Origin: Eledone cirrhosa
Taxonomy: Eukaryota
DNA: 64,000 bases
Assembly (NCBI GenBank): GCA_964016885.1
Contig: OZ024740.1
Location: forward strand, 265,608,001-265,672,000
Direction: 5' to 3'
Part shown: positions 39,997-54,064 of the stretch, one piece after another
Layout of the letters: each line of letters starts with the position of its first letter
Position numbering within the stretch: the first letter of the stretch is position 1
Program-made: the position numbers and the translations under genes
The notes under the pieces: model-generated
What the model saw: only the letters and a program-made list of their open reading frames with translations
Databases searched by the model: none
Told to the model about the DNA's origin: nothing

Positions 39997-40039
<43 letters not shown>

Positions 40040-40156
40040 GTGTATGATGCTTAAAGCGTAAGCGGTAGGCGGTTAGATCACTCGATGCTCTTACAGAGCA
40101 GAGTATAATATCACATAAGAAACGGAGAATCAGTGGTGCGACGAATAAGATTTATT

Positions 40157-40253
40157 AGACATATTACAATCGTTTCTCTGGCGACTAGCTCGAGGCACGA
40201 TTGATGCAATGATCAAACCTGACTCTGAAATCGCTAGATCCTCGGATATGTCT
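40157..40253 (-). ncRNA. Type I hammerhead, CCGAGGA core, long stem II
   Basis: rc: AGACATAT-CCGAGGA-TCTaGCGA..TCGCcAGA-GAAA-CGATTG-TA-ATATGTCT. Confidence 0.72.
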
Positions 40254-40566
40254 CGATTCTACGAAGCAGAGTTTCCAAATGTCCAGTTAAACCCGCTACC
40301 TTCGCTCGGCAGCTTAGATCCTGTTGTTTTCAATCTATGAGTGGTCAAGAATTGTTCACGTTAACGTTATTTTTGGCCACACACGGCCGTCGTATATCTG
40401 ATTCCTTTCAATTGCCACCTGTCAATCAAAGTTGTTTCTTATATCGTGATTTCTAATATAGTGGGTAAGGGGTCGTATGATTGACTCGGTCGCATCTTGT
40501 TGGTCCGCTTTCAGTAATTGTGAACAGGTCCCTCATGAGTGGTATGGCCAGATGCAACCTCACTAG

Positions 40567-42010
40567 ATGAACATAATTATAGCCGCCAGAAACACGCTAA
40601 TTAGGTTTGACGGTAGATTATGGGAAAGAAGAGACAGACCTGACAGTTTCGACATCACTATGGTGTCGAGCGACTCCGCACAGGTGACGGACCTGGTGGG
40701 AATCTACCTACTCCATAGGTTAGCAGAAGAGATTCCAAGGAGAGGCGGGGGAATATATAGAGGACGACGCCCTATTTACCTTCCACTCACGAAACTCTAT
40801 CCAGCTGGAGCGCATGCGGAAGCGCATCTCATATAGAGCAAGCTAGAGATAACAAGCTAGAGGTGACACCAGGACTAAGAATACTAACAGTGATACGCCG
40901 GGATACTCGGGTAGCTGGACGGGGATGAAAACTAGGGCTAGTAAACGTTTCCGGAACAGCATAGTAAGCGAATGCCTCTCTCTCGACAAAAATAGTAGTT
41001 CTAAGCATAGAGATAGAATAGGGGAACAAATAGGAATAGAGTGCAACCTGAGAAGAGAACACGACACTGCAAACATTACAAGTAGCAGACGACGAAATAA
41101 GAATAGGTCTAGAAACATAACTTGGTTCAATGCACCTTACTCGAAGCATGTATGCACTAACGTACCAGGCCTCTTCCTCAGGGCATTGGATGAGTGTTTC
41201 CCGGCATCCCACAGGTACCACAAAATATTCCAACGCCAAACCGTGAAGTTCTCCTATTCCACGGCACCCAACATGGCAGACTACATGGCCAAGGCCAACG
41301 CTATGAAAATGAGGGCACCCCACGACCAAACTTTACAGGCCTCAGGCACACCGGGTGGGCCGAGGGGAACACCATCGGGAAGTGGCTAGTGGTTCTGGTG
41401 ATGTGCCTTGGGGCGGAGCTGTGGACGTGGAGGACACAACACCTGACAACAGAGACCAGTAGGTGGTGAACAATGAGTCCACTACCCAGCCGGAACACCA
41501 CATGACGAACGGGGAGAACCCAAATAAGACGTCAGGCCCGCATAAAGGGAATGACAAAAATGACGCACGTACATGCAACTGCCGTGTAGGTGAACAGTGC
41601 CCTCTGCAGGGAATGTGCCTGACAAATGGCGTTGTGTACAGGTGTGTGGTTACCACGCAAAATGATAGGCACACCTACATTGGGACAATATCCACGACTT
41701 TTAAGTCGAGGATGTACATTCACAAGAACTCGTTCAAGCACAAGAACAAGAGACACTCTACTAGACTGGCGGACCTAATATGGAGACTCAAAGACAGTGG
41801 CACGGAGTTTGACCTCAGATAGAGTATTGTCCAGCGCGCGAATGCGTACTCGCCTGGCGAGACGAGGTGCAAGTTGTGCCTGTCCGAGGCTATAGAGATA
41901 ATCAAACTGAAGAGCGACGCAGTCAACCTCAGATCTGAAATCATCATGGCCTGCAGACATCAACGTAAATGCATGCTATCCGCCTTAGTGATACCGGATG
42001 GACCTATCTA
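40567..42010 (+). pseudogene. PLE RT + GIY-YIG endonuclease, disrupted (Naiad-like)
   Basis: FDITMVSSDSAQVTDLVG..GIYR(DD); WFNAPYS; CNCR..CPLQGMC..VVY..TYIG..FKSRMYIH; CKLCLSE; ACRH. Confidence 0.92.
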
Positions 42011-43881
42011 AGGCCCTACCGGTAAGAAAATGCCAGGTGGGGCGCATCAGCGGACCACGATATGCCACAACATACCTATGAATCCAAGGCGGAACAAGGT
42101 GATATCAACGGCAGATCTAACGATACCTACCTCGTAACGTACCTAGAATAGCACCGCCCCACCAATCCGGCGACGCCGACTCAATATAAGTCGGATTTTG
42201 TTTACAACCTTATGCGTGGTTTTGAGTTTGAATTTGGAGTTGTGATTTTTAATTCTTAATCTTCAATTTTTAATTTTCGAGTCTTGATGTTTAATTTGCA
42301 GCTTCGAGGCTGGACTTAATGTTGCCGTTGCTATATACATGCCTACAACACCTACAACACAAGCTGTGGGTATATACCACTTATGCATCTATTCCATGTA
42401 CATTTTATATAGACTGTTATGAAACACATATTCTATACATTCCTGACATATTCTATAGATGCATACATTCCATGTACATCTCATACAAAATATAATGAAA
42501 ACAATATTCTAAACATTCAGAGTATTGGGACCACCCGTCATGAAACCTGTCTGATGTGCATTGTTGATGTGCAGGTTCGAACCCAGTCCTTTGGATAGTC
42601 AGTCCTGTATCTTATATAACCCTATGCATCACAGTCTTCAAGTATTTTATGCAACTCTATGAAAATCCCAATAATGTCCGGGTGGCGTGAACAGATACCC
42701 CTTTGCATCGTTTTCATGTATACATTCCTTTTTCTAGTATCTTATTTTATTTTATATTATATTATTTTATTTTATTTTATTTTATTTGATGTACGTGCAC
42801 GCACTTTTTTATATATGTTCCCCCCACGTTATATGTGACTAATACATGGCTAATACGTAGATACTGCATTTATGCATATTGTGTGTGGAGTTTCAGCATA
42901 ATATGGATTGAGTCCTAGCCTCAAGAACGTTGTGTCATATAATATTGTATGCGCCATGTGCACAGTTGCGCGTGTGTGTGTGTGTGTGTGGATGTGTGGG
43001 TATTCATCAAGTATATTCTCTTTTAGAGAGGTATAAGCATGCCATGTGCATGCCCATGTGCGGGCACATGTATGCATGTGTGTGCATGCTTACACGCATA
43101 CAGGCATGCATATGCATGTCCGAGTGTATCTAATTGTATGAACATGGCTGTGTAGATGCATGCATATCTATCTGTAGATTCTCTATTTATTCATCTGTAT
43201 ATGCACGCAGCGTCTTAAGTATATATGATTCACTGTGTACAGTGCGTGTGTGTGGATGTGCGTATACTTATCAAAAATACCTTTGAAATAACTTGTTTGA
43301 TGGGCTCTTCCAAGCATCCTTTTAAAGACGTTCTTTTTACAGGGTTTTCTTTTTGAAATGTAGATTTTTAAAGTATTCTGAGGGTGTGTTTTTATGAAGC
43401 ACCTTTTTAAATGTTTTTTTAATGTTTTTGTAAATGATTTTTTTTAATGTTTTTTTTTAAATGATTTTTCTTTCTAAGTATTCGCTACACATTTAATATT
43501 TAATATTTACTGTGATTATCGCATTCAAGACAGTTGCGAGTGTGTATCTGATTGGTGTGGCTGTTTGAGAGCCCATACCTAACACGCCTGCGCGATACAT
43601 GGACATGGGTGTGGGAGCCTACACGCCGGCAGGGCTGCGACAAGACGCGACCGGTTCAATCATACAACCCCTTACCCACTACAGTAGTAATCCCGATATA
43701 AGAAACAACTTTGATTGAGAGTTGGCAATTGAAAATAATCAGATATACGACGGCGTGAGTGGCCAAAAATACCCATGACGTGTACAATACTTGATCACTC
43801 ATAGAATGAAAACAACAGGATCTAAGCCAAGCGAAGGTAGCGGGTGTAACTGTACATTTGAAACTCTGTTTCGTAGAATCG

Positions 43882-43976
43882 AGACATATCCGAAGATCTT
43901 GCGATTTCAGAGTCAGGTTTGACCTGCATCGATCGTGCCTCGAGCTGGTCGCCAGAGAAACGATTGTAATATATCT
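43882..43976 (+). ncRNA. Type I hammerhead, CCGAAGA core, in the 3' pLTR
   Basis: AGACATAT-CCGAAGA-TCTtGCGA..TCGCcAGA-GAAA-CGATTG-TA-ATATATCT. Confidence 0.72.
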
Positions 43977-44069
43977 AATAAATCCTATTCGTCGCCCCAT
44001 TGATTCTCCGTTTCTTATGTGATATATATATAAAAGAAGAAATTAAAAGATGGTTAAAAAAGTTCCATA

Positions 44070-44137
44070 TATTTTATTATGCGCATTTCGAAAACAACAT
44101 CATCCTATAAAAAATTGTGTTCTCATCAGATAAAATA
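44070..44137 (-). ncRNA. Type I hammerhead, canonical core with G10.1-C11.1
   Basis: rc: TATTTTAT-CTGATGA-GAACA..TGTTTTC-GAAA-TGCGCA-TA-ATAAAATA. Confidence 0.85.
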
Positions 44138-44988
44138 AGGTAACATGATATGAGGCCTAAAAACACTTCACAAGAAAGTGTCCAGTCTACATATGACAAA
44201 AATATAAGAGTAAGAGAAAAAATAGGAAAAATGAAGAAAAGGAAAGAAGAAGGAAAAAGGAAAAAGAAATAGAAGAGAGGAAAAAATGGAAAAAAAAGAA
44301 GGAAGAGAGAGAAAGAGAAAAGGAGAGAGAGACATTTGATCAAGAACGCTGTCAAAATGAAAACAGCTGTAAATAACGGCTAAAAAGCAAATTGATGAGG
44401 TGTATGTGCTAATATTATAGATGGCATTCAAATATTAGAGGTCTAAAAAATTAAAACTGGGTATATTATTTTATATTGGGTTTAAGTACTAAAACTTGGA
44501 TTAAGAAGTGTAAAAATGTATTAATAAAATAAAATTAAATTAAATTAAAATAATTATAAAAAAGGTTTTTAAATAAAAGGTTTTTAAAATAAAATAAAAG
44601 AAAATAAAATAAGATCGAATAAAAAATAAAAATAAGAATAATCTATCTATGTTAAAATTAAAAATTTCTGTTAAAAATCTATATATGTGGGGTATACTAT
44701 TTAATTATTATTTAATATCAACAAGTAAATAAAGGAAATTGCTAGAATGATTTATAAAGGTAGAAAAACATATGGCGTGATAGTTTGTTTACAAAATCTA
44801 AGATGTTTGTGCGAGAATTTAAGGCTATAGAGAAAAATAGGTGAAAGGCTTAAAATATGCTGAGAAAACTAAATTAATACATTATACAATATAATGAAAT
44901 ATGTGTTAAAAAAATGTGTGAAAAAAATATGTGTAAACAAATATATGTGTAAAAATTAAACGTTATTCGTGGAATATGTTATAGGACA

Positions 44989-46690
44989 TTAGCTATATAC
45001 TTTGTGGAAGGTCTTGAATGATTTATGATTACAGAGACCAAATGAATCTCTACGTCTATTTATTATAGAGTTGAAAATCGAGATAATGGTAAATTTTTCA
45101 GCTAGATATAAATTACATACCCTAGATATGGAAGCATTGGAGTATGGAGAAAGCGTTGCATATTTTACGCCAAGAAATTTCATAATTAATGTTTTTGACT
45201 TTTAAGGACCAAATAAGTTCTGAGAGTGCGGTGTTGGTCCTTTTAAGTGGATATTTAAATGTAGAAGAATGATTATAAAGTCTTGCTTTAAAAGAGGTAG
45301 AAGTAGAGCCAATGTAGGTATAGGTATTGGTATTAGTTACCACTTTACATTCGTATACTAGGTTTTTATCGAGACAGAAATTACTAAGAGAACAATTAGT
45401 TCTAATAGGGCAGTTGCATTTACGATTAAGATTATTAACAGAGTTATTTGCAAGTGGCCCAGGATTAATTATATTAGAAACTGGAGTGGTGGAATTAACT
45501 AAAGGAGGTGCTAAAGTTTCCAGATTTACATTACTATTTGAAGCATTCCTCAAAGTTACATTTGACGTCGTATTTATACTTGTGTTATTTTGCCTAGAGT
45601 TTACATTGACGTTGGGCCTTAAAGTGTTATTATTATGACTCTCGTGGTTGGATGCATATGAGTTATTATTTACTATTTTAGAATTATATGTTGAGATAAT
45701 TTTAGAAATATTGGAAGTAGTGGAATATGAGAATGTAAGGGTATGCTTATTGAAAATCTTACTATATATATATGAAGGGGGGAAGCTGTTATCTAAAGCC
45801 CTAAAAAATAATTTAGGGATATTATTAATAACTAAAAGAGAGAAGGGAGCGTTGTACCAAAGAATACCTTTATATCTAGGTCTCCTCCTTTTGTTAGTGG
45901 TATGGTTATTACTAGCTAGATTACTATACGTTCTGTCAAGATTAGTTTCCTTAGGGTATCTAATTTTGTCTAGATAACGCATTATTATAATAGTTGGCAT
46001 TAGCTTCGAAGATATCTTTATTAGAGGATAAATTAGAAATTTTTTTTGAACAATTCTGACTATAGCAGTTTTAACATTATTAGGGTTGTTAGATTTAAAG
46101 TTAACGTAATTTAGGTTCTCATTATCCTTATGATATGGGTAATATAGGCCGGTATCTAGATTAAGGGATATATCACGGAAATTTGCTAATTTATCATTAT
46201 TCTCAAATTCTATTTTTAAGTTAAGATGCTTAAATAGTTGAAGTATATTTTTCTTAATAATATTAAAGTTTACTTTGTTGCAATTAAAGACAGTAAAAAG
46301 AGCATCATCACGATAAACACCACCGCGAAGTTGAGGAATTTCTGGTTTAAAGGATTCAAGATGGAAATTCCAACCAAGTCGGTCAATTGAGCAGAATCCG
46401 ACGAACCCATGTTGATGTCGAAATTGTGGGAAGTATCCGCTCTTGCCCAATATTGATTGTTAAACTCCAAGATGGTTTTCCTTGCGGTGAGAATGATGTT
46501 TAATTCATCAGTAGTGATGTCCGAGTATTTTGACGCATATGAGAGAGCCTTGTTAAGGAGTGAAGGAGAAATGTAAGAGTAATAGCTAGCAATGTCTAGT
46601 TGAATAAATTTTAGTTTGCTTTTATTATTCAGGTAATTGAACCAGTCTATCACATCAGAAGAACCCGACCATAAATTTAATTAAGATTTA
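44989..46690 (-). pseudogene. PLE RT + GIY-YIG endonuclease, frameshifted (Naiad-like)
   Basis: FIQLDIASYY, FDINMGSSDSAQLTDLVG, GVYRDDAL, LWYNAPFS, CNC..C..FC..LVY..TYIG..FKARLYNH. Confidence 0.93.
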
Positions 46691-46826
46691 GAGCTAACCT
46701 GTAGGATTTATATATATATATATATATATATATATGACTGGATACACATGCTCTTTTATCAATATTTTTTCATATCGTCCGCTTCTCATTCTCTAACTTT
46801 CTATTTAATATTCTATTTCTCATTTT

Positions 46827-46864
46827 ATCTTCTGATGAAGGCTTATCATCCGAAACGTTCAGAT
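46827..46864 (+). ncRNA. Minimal hammerhead candidate
   Basis: ATCTt-CTGATGA-aGG..CC-GAAA-CGT-TC-AGAT; PLE-type CTGATGAAGG..CCGAAACGT pattern, weak stems. Confidence 0.5.
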
Positions 46865-47025
46865 CTTTTCTTACTATGACAAAGGTTAAGATAATATATA
46901 TTGCTCTGTATTATTTGTATGGTTTACATTTCGCAGGAATACATACATACATATATATACGTGTATATACATACATATACATATGTATATACATACATAT
47001 ACATACATATATATACATGTATGAT

Positions 47026-47108
<83 letters not shown>

Positions 47109-47747
47109 ATATATATATATATATACATACAGCGATTCTTTGCTTAAATTTTAAACTGTTATTTTAATATATATATATTAAAATAACAGTTTAAAGTTTA
47201 AGCAAAGAATTGCTGTATGTATATATATATATTAAAATAACAGTTTAAAATTTAAGCAAATAATCGCTGCTTTCACCCTTAACGGGATCTTCTGAAACTA
47301 AAATAACCAATCTGTGAACGCAGAAGTAAATATTTCGAAAAACGTTGTAGCCGAAGGAAAACAGGAAGACGATACTTTGGTTCGTGAAGACGTTCCCTGT
47401 CAATGAACGGAAAAAAGCGAAGATAATACGTCGTTATGTGGAGAGTTGAGAACAATTACACGCAAAGACAAAACCACGTTTATGGTATAAATGCAGTCGT
47501 AGACTAATATTCTATTTAGAAAGGTGAATGATTCTCGGCTTCAAAGTTAAGAATAATGTAAATAAATTATTAGAACGAAAATGACAGAAGTTATTAAAAT
47601 CATAACAGAAATAATAATTAAATATATACATACACGTGCATAATACGCGAAAACACCCGCAATGCATGCATATACATGCACGTACACTTAAACACGCGCA
47701 CACTTACATAAACCCGCGCGACACACATATATATAAATGTGTATGTA

Positions 47748-47848
<101 letters not shown>

Positions 47849-47955
47849 TATGTGTAGGAGGTGAGTTTTATTGTAGTACAATAAAGCAATGCAGATATGT
47901 TGATTTAAAACTGCACTATTCACAAGTGTTTGTTAACCTTCATATCATGTCTTAC

Positions 47956-48026
47956 TATTTTATCTGATGAAAACACAAATATTATTGCATGATGATATTT
48001 GTTTTTGAAATGCGCATAATAAAATA
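47956..48026 (+). ncRNA. Type I hammerhead in the pLTR copy at 47850-48056
   Basis: TATTTTAT-CTGATGA-AAAC..GTTTTT-GAAA-TGCGCA-TA-ATAAAATA. Confidence 0.82.
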
Positions 48027-48056
48027 CATGGTACTCTTTTAACCATCTTTTGATCT

Positions 48057-48136
<80 letters not shown>

Positions 48137-48219
48137 CTGCCATGGCAGCGATAATGAGGGACAGAGACCGCTGGAGAGAACTACTCGTCCATGGATCTCG
48201 GGAATTTTACCCGCCTTAG

Positions 48220-48252
<33 letters not shown>

Positions 48253-48275
48253 TTTGTACATATATTTTAAGTATG

Positions 48276-48398
<123 letters not shown>

Positions 48399-48425
48399 TG
48401 AGAGAGAGGGAGAGAAATTATTCCC

Positions 48426-48560
48426 AAAGATCTCTAGTGTAGGAAACGGCACAGGACTTCCGGAAGAATAAGAAAATACATAGGATTTCATGCGCAGAAA
48501 TAATTGTACGTATTCTAATGATTTGGTGTTTGAAAACTATATTGCTTTTGGTTAACTATA
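48426..48560. repeat. Unclassified interspersed repeat; second copy 59403-59530
   Basis: AAAGATCTCTAGTGTAGGAAAC..GGATTTCATGCGCAGAAATAATTGTAC..GTTAACTATATA occurs at both loci. Confidence 0.8.
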
Positions 48561-48977
48561 TATATATATAGGTGTGTGTGTGTCTGTGTGTGTGTGTATG
48601 TGTGTGTGCGTGTGTGTGCGTCTGTGTGTATGTGTGTGTATATATATATTTTTTATATATATGTGTATGCGTGTGTGTGTATATATGTATTTATGTGTGT
48701 GTTTATTTGCGTGTGTTCATTTGTATTTTTGCATGCTTCAATGTGTTTATACTTCCACTGGACATATACATGCATGTATCTATATGTAGTTTTGCGTATG
48801 TGATTGTGTTTGTGTATAAGTCTATTATTATGTGTCTTCGAGTCATTTCGTCCGACCGCTTATCTATTTTTTATTTTATTTTATATTGTTTTACCTTGTA
48901 TTTGTGTGTGTATATATATATATATATATATGTCTCCAGTCTAGTATGTTAATACAATTTTGTCTATGCCATGCTAA

Positions 48978-49069
<92 letters not shown>

Positions 49070-49212
49070 ATGTGTGTACGTATGTGTGTATGTATGCGTG
49101 TGTATGTGTAAATGCCTGTATATATATTTATATATATTTATATAAATAGTGACATACCCAGGAATCAGACCTTAACAATAAAGTAATTATCTCTTTGCTT
49201 ATATATATATAT

Positions 49213-49853
49213 TCTTGGGGAGGGTCATATTGTAATAATATTGCCAGAATTAATAACAGAACACATTCACTGTTTGGTTGGTTTTCGCTTCTGTATCTTT
49301 GATATCAGTTAATTTATTCGGTCCTCAACATTTACCATTTACTGACCAACGGTAAAAAATATAGATATAATATAGACACAAACACATATATATAGTCTAA
49401 CAAAGTTCTTTCGTTGCAACTGAGTGTGTTCTGTTATTAATTCTGGCAATATTATTACAACAATATGACTCTCCCCAAGTATAACAATATTTGTTTCGAC
49501 ACACGATTTCATATCAAAAACCTCGCAAAACTATATATATATATATATAGTGAAAAATGGAACGGGAACAAAACAGAGAGGCAGATATATATATATATAT
49601 AGTTTTGCGAGGTTTTTATATGAAATCGTGTGTCGAAACAAATATTGTTATACATATTGTTGTAATAATATTGCCAGAATTAATAACAGAACACACTCAC
49701 TTGCAACGAAAGAACTTTGTGTTTGTGTCTAGAATTATATCTATATTTTTGACCGTTGGTCAGTCAATGTTAAATTTTGAGGACCGAATAATTTAACTGA
49801 TATCAAAGATACAGAAGCGAAAACCAAACAAACAGTGAGTGTGTTCTGTTATA

Positions 49854-49855
<2 letters not shown>
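49213..49855. repeat. Nested inverted-repeat complex; related piece at 52880-53057
   Basis: 49245-49535 is largely the reverse complement of 49600-49852. Confidence 0.85.
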
Positions 49856-49940
<85 letters not shown>

Positions 49941-50423
49941 TATTTGATGAACATTTACATGTTTGAGTTGCAATTGACTAATAAAATCGTTAGAATAAAA
50001 TATCTTAATTCATATACATATAGTTTGCCTGTACGATCTAAAAAATAATAAATCAATACTCACAAACCCATATGGGCAAAAGGCCTTGGTACCTAGACAC
50101 GTTTAAGTTTCAAAATACAAACTTTTTCCGCAGATCGGTCAGGACTTCAAACTTTAAACATGTTTCACAAAGGATGGTATAATAGTGAAATAATTAATTA
50201 ATTAGTAGTGAGTTAATTAATTTACTGTGTTTATCAATAGGTACCCTGATAAATTAAGTAACTTCACCTCAGAAAAATATCTTAGGTCTGGTTAACGTAG
50301 CGAAAATACACGAGGTTTTGCACACGACTTATTCCAGTCCTCTAACGTCCCACACATAGTGCTAGAAATAACAGCCGTTTATATGGGATTACAAATTCAG
50401 CTCGACTGAGGGACCAGTAATAT

Positions 50424-50668
50424 AATATAACTTAGAGTTTACACTCAATGGGGTCATTTACAATTATTTCAGCTCTAAGAATCGCTTCTGAGCAGAATAA
50501 ATTAATATTTGCAGAACATTTACATGTTTTAGTTGCAATTGACTAATAAAATCGTTAGAATTTATTAGTCAATTGCAACTAAAACATGTAAATGCTCATC
50601 AAATATTAATTTATTCTGTTCAGAAGCGATTCTTAGAGCTGAAATAATTGTAAACGATCACTCTAAGT

Positions 50669-50675
<7 letters not shown>
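50424..50675. repeat. Fold-back inverted repeat; partial direct copy at 49935-49996
   Basis: Arms meet at AATAAA-atcgttagaa-TTTATT (~50555). Confidence 0.85.
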
Positions 50676-50734
<59 letters not shown>

Positions 50735-50739
<5 letters not shown>

Positions 50740-50915
50740 AACAAGTAAGACCCCGACGGCTGAGCTCAAGCCGTTTCGACGGCTAATTCTGGAGAATTAG
50801 CCGTCGAAACGGCTTGAGCTCAGCCGTCGGGGTCTTACTTGTTCCTATTACCCTATGTATTGAGTACTTTGGTGCGTTATGGTCCACCTGGTTCCTTACC
50901 ACATTTCCTTCGTTA
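50735..50915. mobile_element. Fold-back 3'-end fragment of the 57-kb PLE family
   Basis: Perfect 56-bp-arm hairpin 50735-50848 then the family tail; relatives at 5668, 15885, 39545, 55995, 61550. Confidence 0.85.
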
Positions 50916-51487
50916 TATATATATATATATATATAAGGAAAAAAGATGAAATTGAAAATGCAACTAGGGTCTTTTTTTTTAAATATATATATTTATTTGG
51001 TATACTTTCACTCGTGTAAGACACCTCGGTTATTTTTTGATTTAAAAAAAAAAACCTCACTTTCTAATATATATATATATGTCTATGTCTGTATGTTTGT
51101 CTGTATATGTATTTATGTGTGTTTGTGTATATATATATACACAAACATGTATGTTTGTGTATATATATATAAATACATGTATGTATATATACATACATAT
51201 TACTTTTATCTGAATGTGTGTATGTGTGTGTATGTGTGCACACATATGTCTTTTTCTATATTGCTATATATTTTTATATATTATTTTTCTTACCCTTCTT
51301 TTCTTATGTATATTTCCCGTTATTTTCTAGCTCACTTCCAATCCTTAACAAATTTTAAATCTCATTTCATATCTTTTATCCATATCACCTCTGTCTGGCG
51401 ACCGATCAAGACGTATATTATTATTGTCAAGGATCCAGACACCTTTGCTAATGGAGTAGTTATATTTTGTGTTGCTCACTTTCTAAT

Positions 51488-51592
<105 letters not shown>

Positions 51593-51654
51593 ATAATATA
51601 TATATATATATATATGTGTGTGTGTATAATATACATATATGTATATATGTTATT

Positions 51655-51687
<33 letters not shown>

Positions 51688-51744
51688 ATAATATATATAT
51701 ATATATGTGTGTGTGTGTGTATAATATACATAGATGTATATATG

Positions 51745-51908
<164 letters not shown>

Positions 51909-52159
51909 GATTTGTATATAAATTTAAATCAGATCTTATGTTTTCCTTATTTTATAATTACTTTATAAATAAATTACGTTATAAATAAATATATGTAAAC
52001 ATAACATCTGTTTTAATGTTATTTAGTAGATAGAAACTCCGTCGCATTTAATCGCCACCACAATGCTAAATATATAGGACTGACGTGGAGTGCTTTTACC
52101 TACTTAACCGAGAGTATCTTCGTGACATTGCAACGTAACTTTCACAGATAAGCACCTTA

Positions 52160-52875
52160 ATAATCAGCAACTATATATGAACAATCTAAGACTCACTGGA
52201 AATTTAAGTCGTTTGAATTGAAATAGGACATCAGTGGGGATGAGAGGAATTCTTGGAATGAACACACCCTCTTCCCCAACACATTCTGTTGAAATAATGT
52301 CTTGAATCAAGTGTGGATACATATTTTTCATAACAAATCGAGTGCCGTTGCATGGCCATGGTTGGTCCAAATTCCTCAATACCATCATGGCTGCTCCCTC
52401 TTTAAGGTGAAGGACATGTGGAGGCATTCCTGATGGTTCTAAAGAATCAGGAACTCTGTCGGGTAATTGACCGATTACGAATGTTCCACTACAGTATCAA
52501 CAGATCGATAGAGCTTCGAAACCTTTCGATTTATTTCTCCAGCTCTTGATTTAACAATTCTACAGTCACATATTTCGGAGTCAATATAGCCCTTACACTG
52601 ATCCTCTCGTGACTTGCGAACTGATATTCAGGATTGGGAACACTCTTTCTATGAGATGGAATAATATTTGCACCATGGTGCCTATTTGACTTATATCAAT
52701 AGCTCCTTTTCTATCTACAAGAAGTCTTCCGTCCCCAAGCATTAATAGATTCTGGGCAAACTGTTCTAATTGTTCGTTTGTGCCAAAATATATTCTCATG
52801 TGTGAACCGAGCTTCAAAGCTTTGATAGAAGTCCAAAGTATCGCTTGTAGATGTGCGAATTTGATAGACTTCATA
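52160..52875 (-). pseudogene. Helitron RepHel PIF1-type helicase fragment
   Basis: EPSGMPPHVLHLKEGA.MMVLRNLD..CNGTR..FIPRIPLIP..FKRLKFPV; NLLMLGDG. Confidence 0.88.
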
Positions 52876-53626
52876 TATATATTTCTATTTGTATTTTCAA
52901 CCGATGGTCAACCAATGTTAAACATTGATTGCCAAATAAATTAACTATGGAGATATAACAGATACAGAAGCGAAAACCAACCTAAACCAAACAGTCAGTG
53001 TGTTCTGTTATTATTTCTGTCAATATTATAACAATATGACCCTCCCTAAGTATAACACACACACAAACACACACACACACACATCTATATATATATATAG
53101 TGAAAGAATGAAGAGTAACATGGTTGGCTGTACAACAAGGGGCTTTATATCAGCTATTAACAATTGTTTCATTGATCAGGTGAGTCTAGAGGCCGCTAAC
53201 CGTTCGATGTTGCGTCACTCGATCACCATTACATCATTTACCTCTGATCAAATCCCCAGAATACATATATGTATATATACATGTATGTATGGATGTATGG
53301 TCACTCGGAACGAAACACCTATTGACGACGATAATTCCCGTTCCATCTGAGAATGCAGTATATCGAATTTATCGATTAATATCTATCGATCGTGTCCAGG
53401 TTCGTCTTTACCCTGTCTGTATTTTCATTATTGTAGTATTAGTCCCTGGTCACATTATTTATCGTGTCATTATTACCTAACTTCTTGTGTTCACTCTGAG
53501 GAGAAATATATTAATCACCCTATTATTGAGTGATTCGTGGCAGTCTTCGATTATCGAGACCTCTCTGCTACTTGCAGCTGCAATTTCGATTATACTCATT
53601 TGTATTATACATATATATATATTTAT

Positions 53627-53659
<33 letters not shown>

Positions 53660-53849
53660 AGCAAAATATATGGAGGAGAAGGCAATACATTTAAAAACAA
53701 GATTTACTTCTTACATATTGTTTCATCTAAAGTACAATTACAATACAACAGGTTTATATATGCGCGTATATATATCGATCGACTTTCGTCACATCGGACC
53801 GATGAGACAATCTTTTCGTCGGTATTTCCAGTTGCTAGTATTAACTATC

Positions 53850-53995
53850 GGTCGCAACTCCAGGTAGAAGGAGCAACGTGAAATAAAATGTCTTGCTCAA
53901 GGACATAACGCATCGCCCGGTCCAGGAATTGAACTCACAACCTCAAGATTGTAAATCCAATTCTCTTCTCTAACCACTCAGCCACACGCCTTCAC
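53850..53995 (-). mobile_element. tRNA-derived SINE family 2 (CORE/V-like body)
   Basis: rc: TGGCTGAGTGGTTAG..GAGTTCAATTCC..GTCCTTGAGCAAGACATTTTATTTCACGTTGCTCC. Confidence 0.8.
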
Positions 53996-54064
53996 TCGTA
54001 TATATATGTGTGTATATGTATGTGTGTGTGTGCAGGGTGACCCGCTCGAACCGACATATATGTA

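Larger units (their letters stand above)
40108..44024 (+). mobile_element. 5'-truncated PLE with inverted 5' pLTR (40108-40500) and 3' pLTR (43640-44024)
   Basis: ~390-bp diverged inverted repeats bracket the RT/GIY-YIG remnant; the 3' end abuts (TA)n. Confidence 0.88.
44030..46700 (-). mobile_element. 5'-truncated PLE with AT-rich 3' UTR and HHR-bearing 3' end
   Basis: ORF remnant 44989-46690 followed by a UTR ending in the HHR family also seen at 38.8 and 47.9 kb. Confidence 0.85.
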
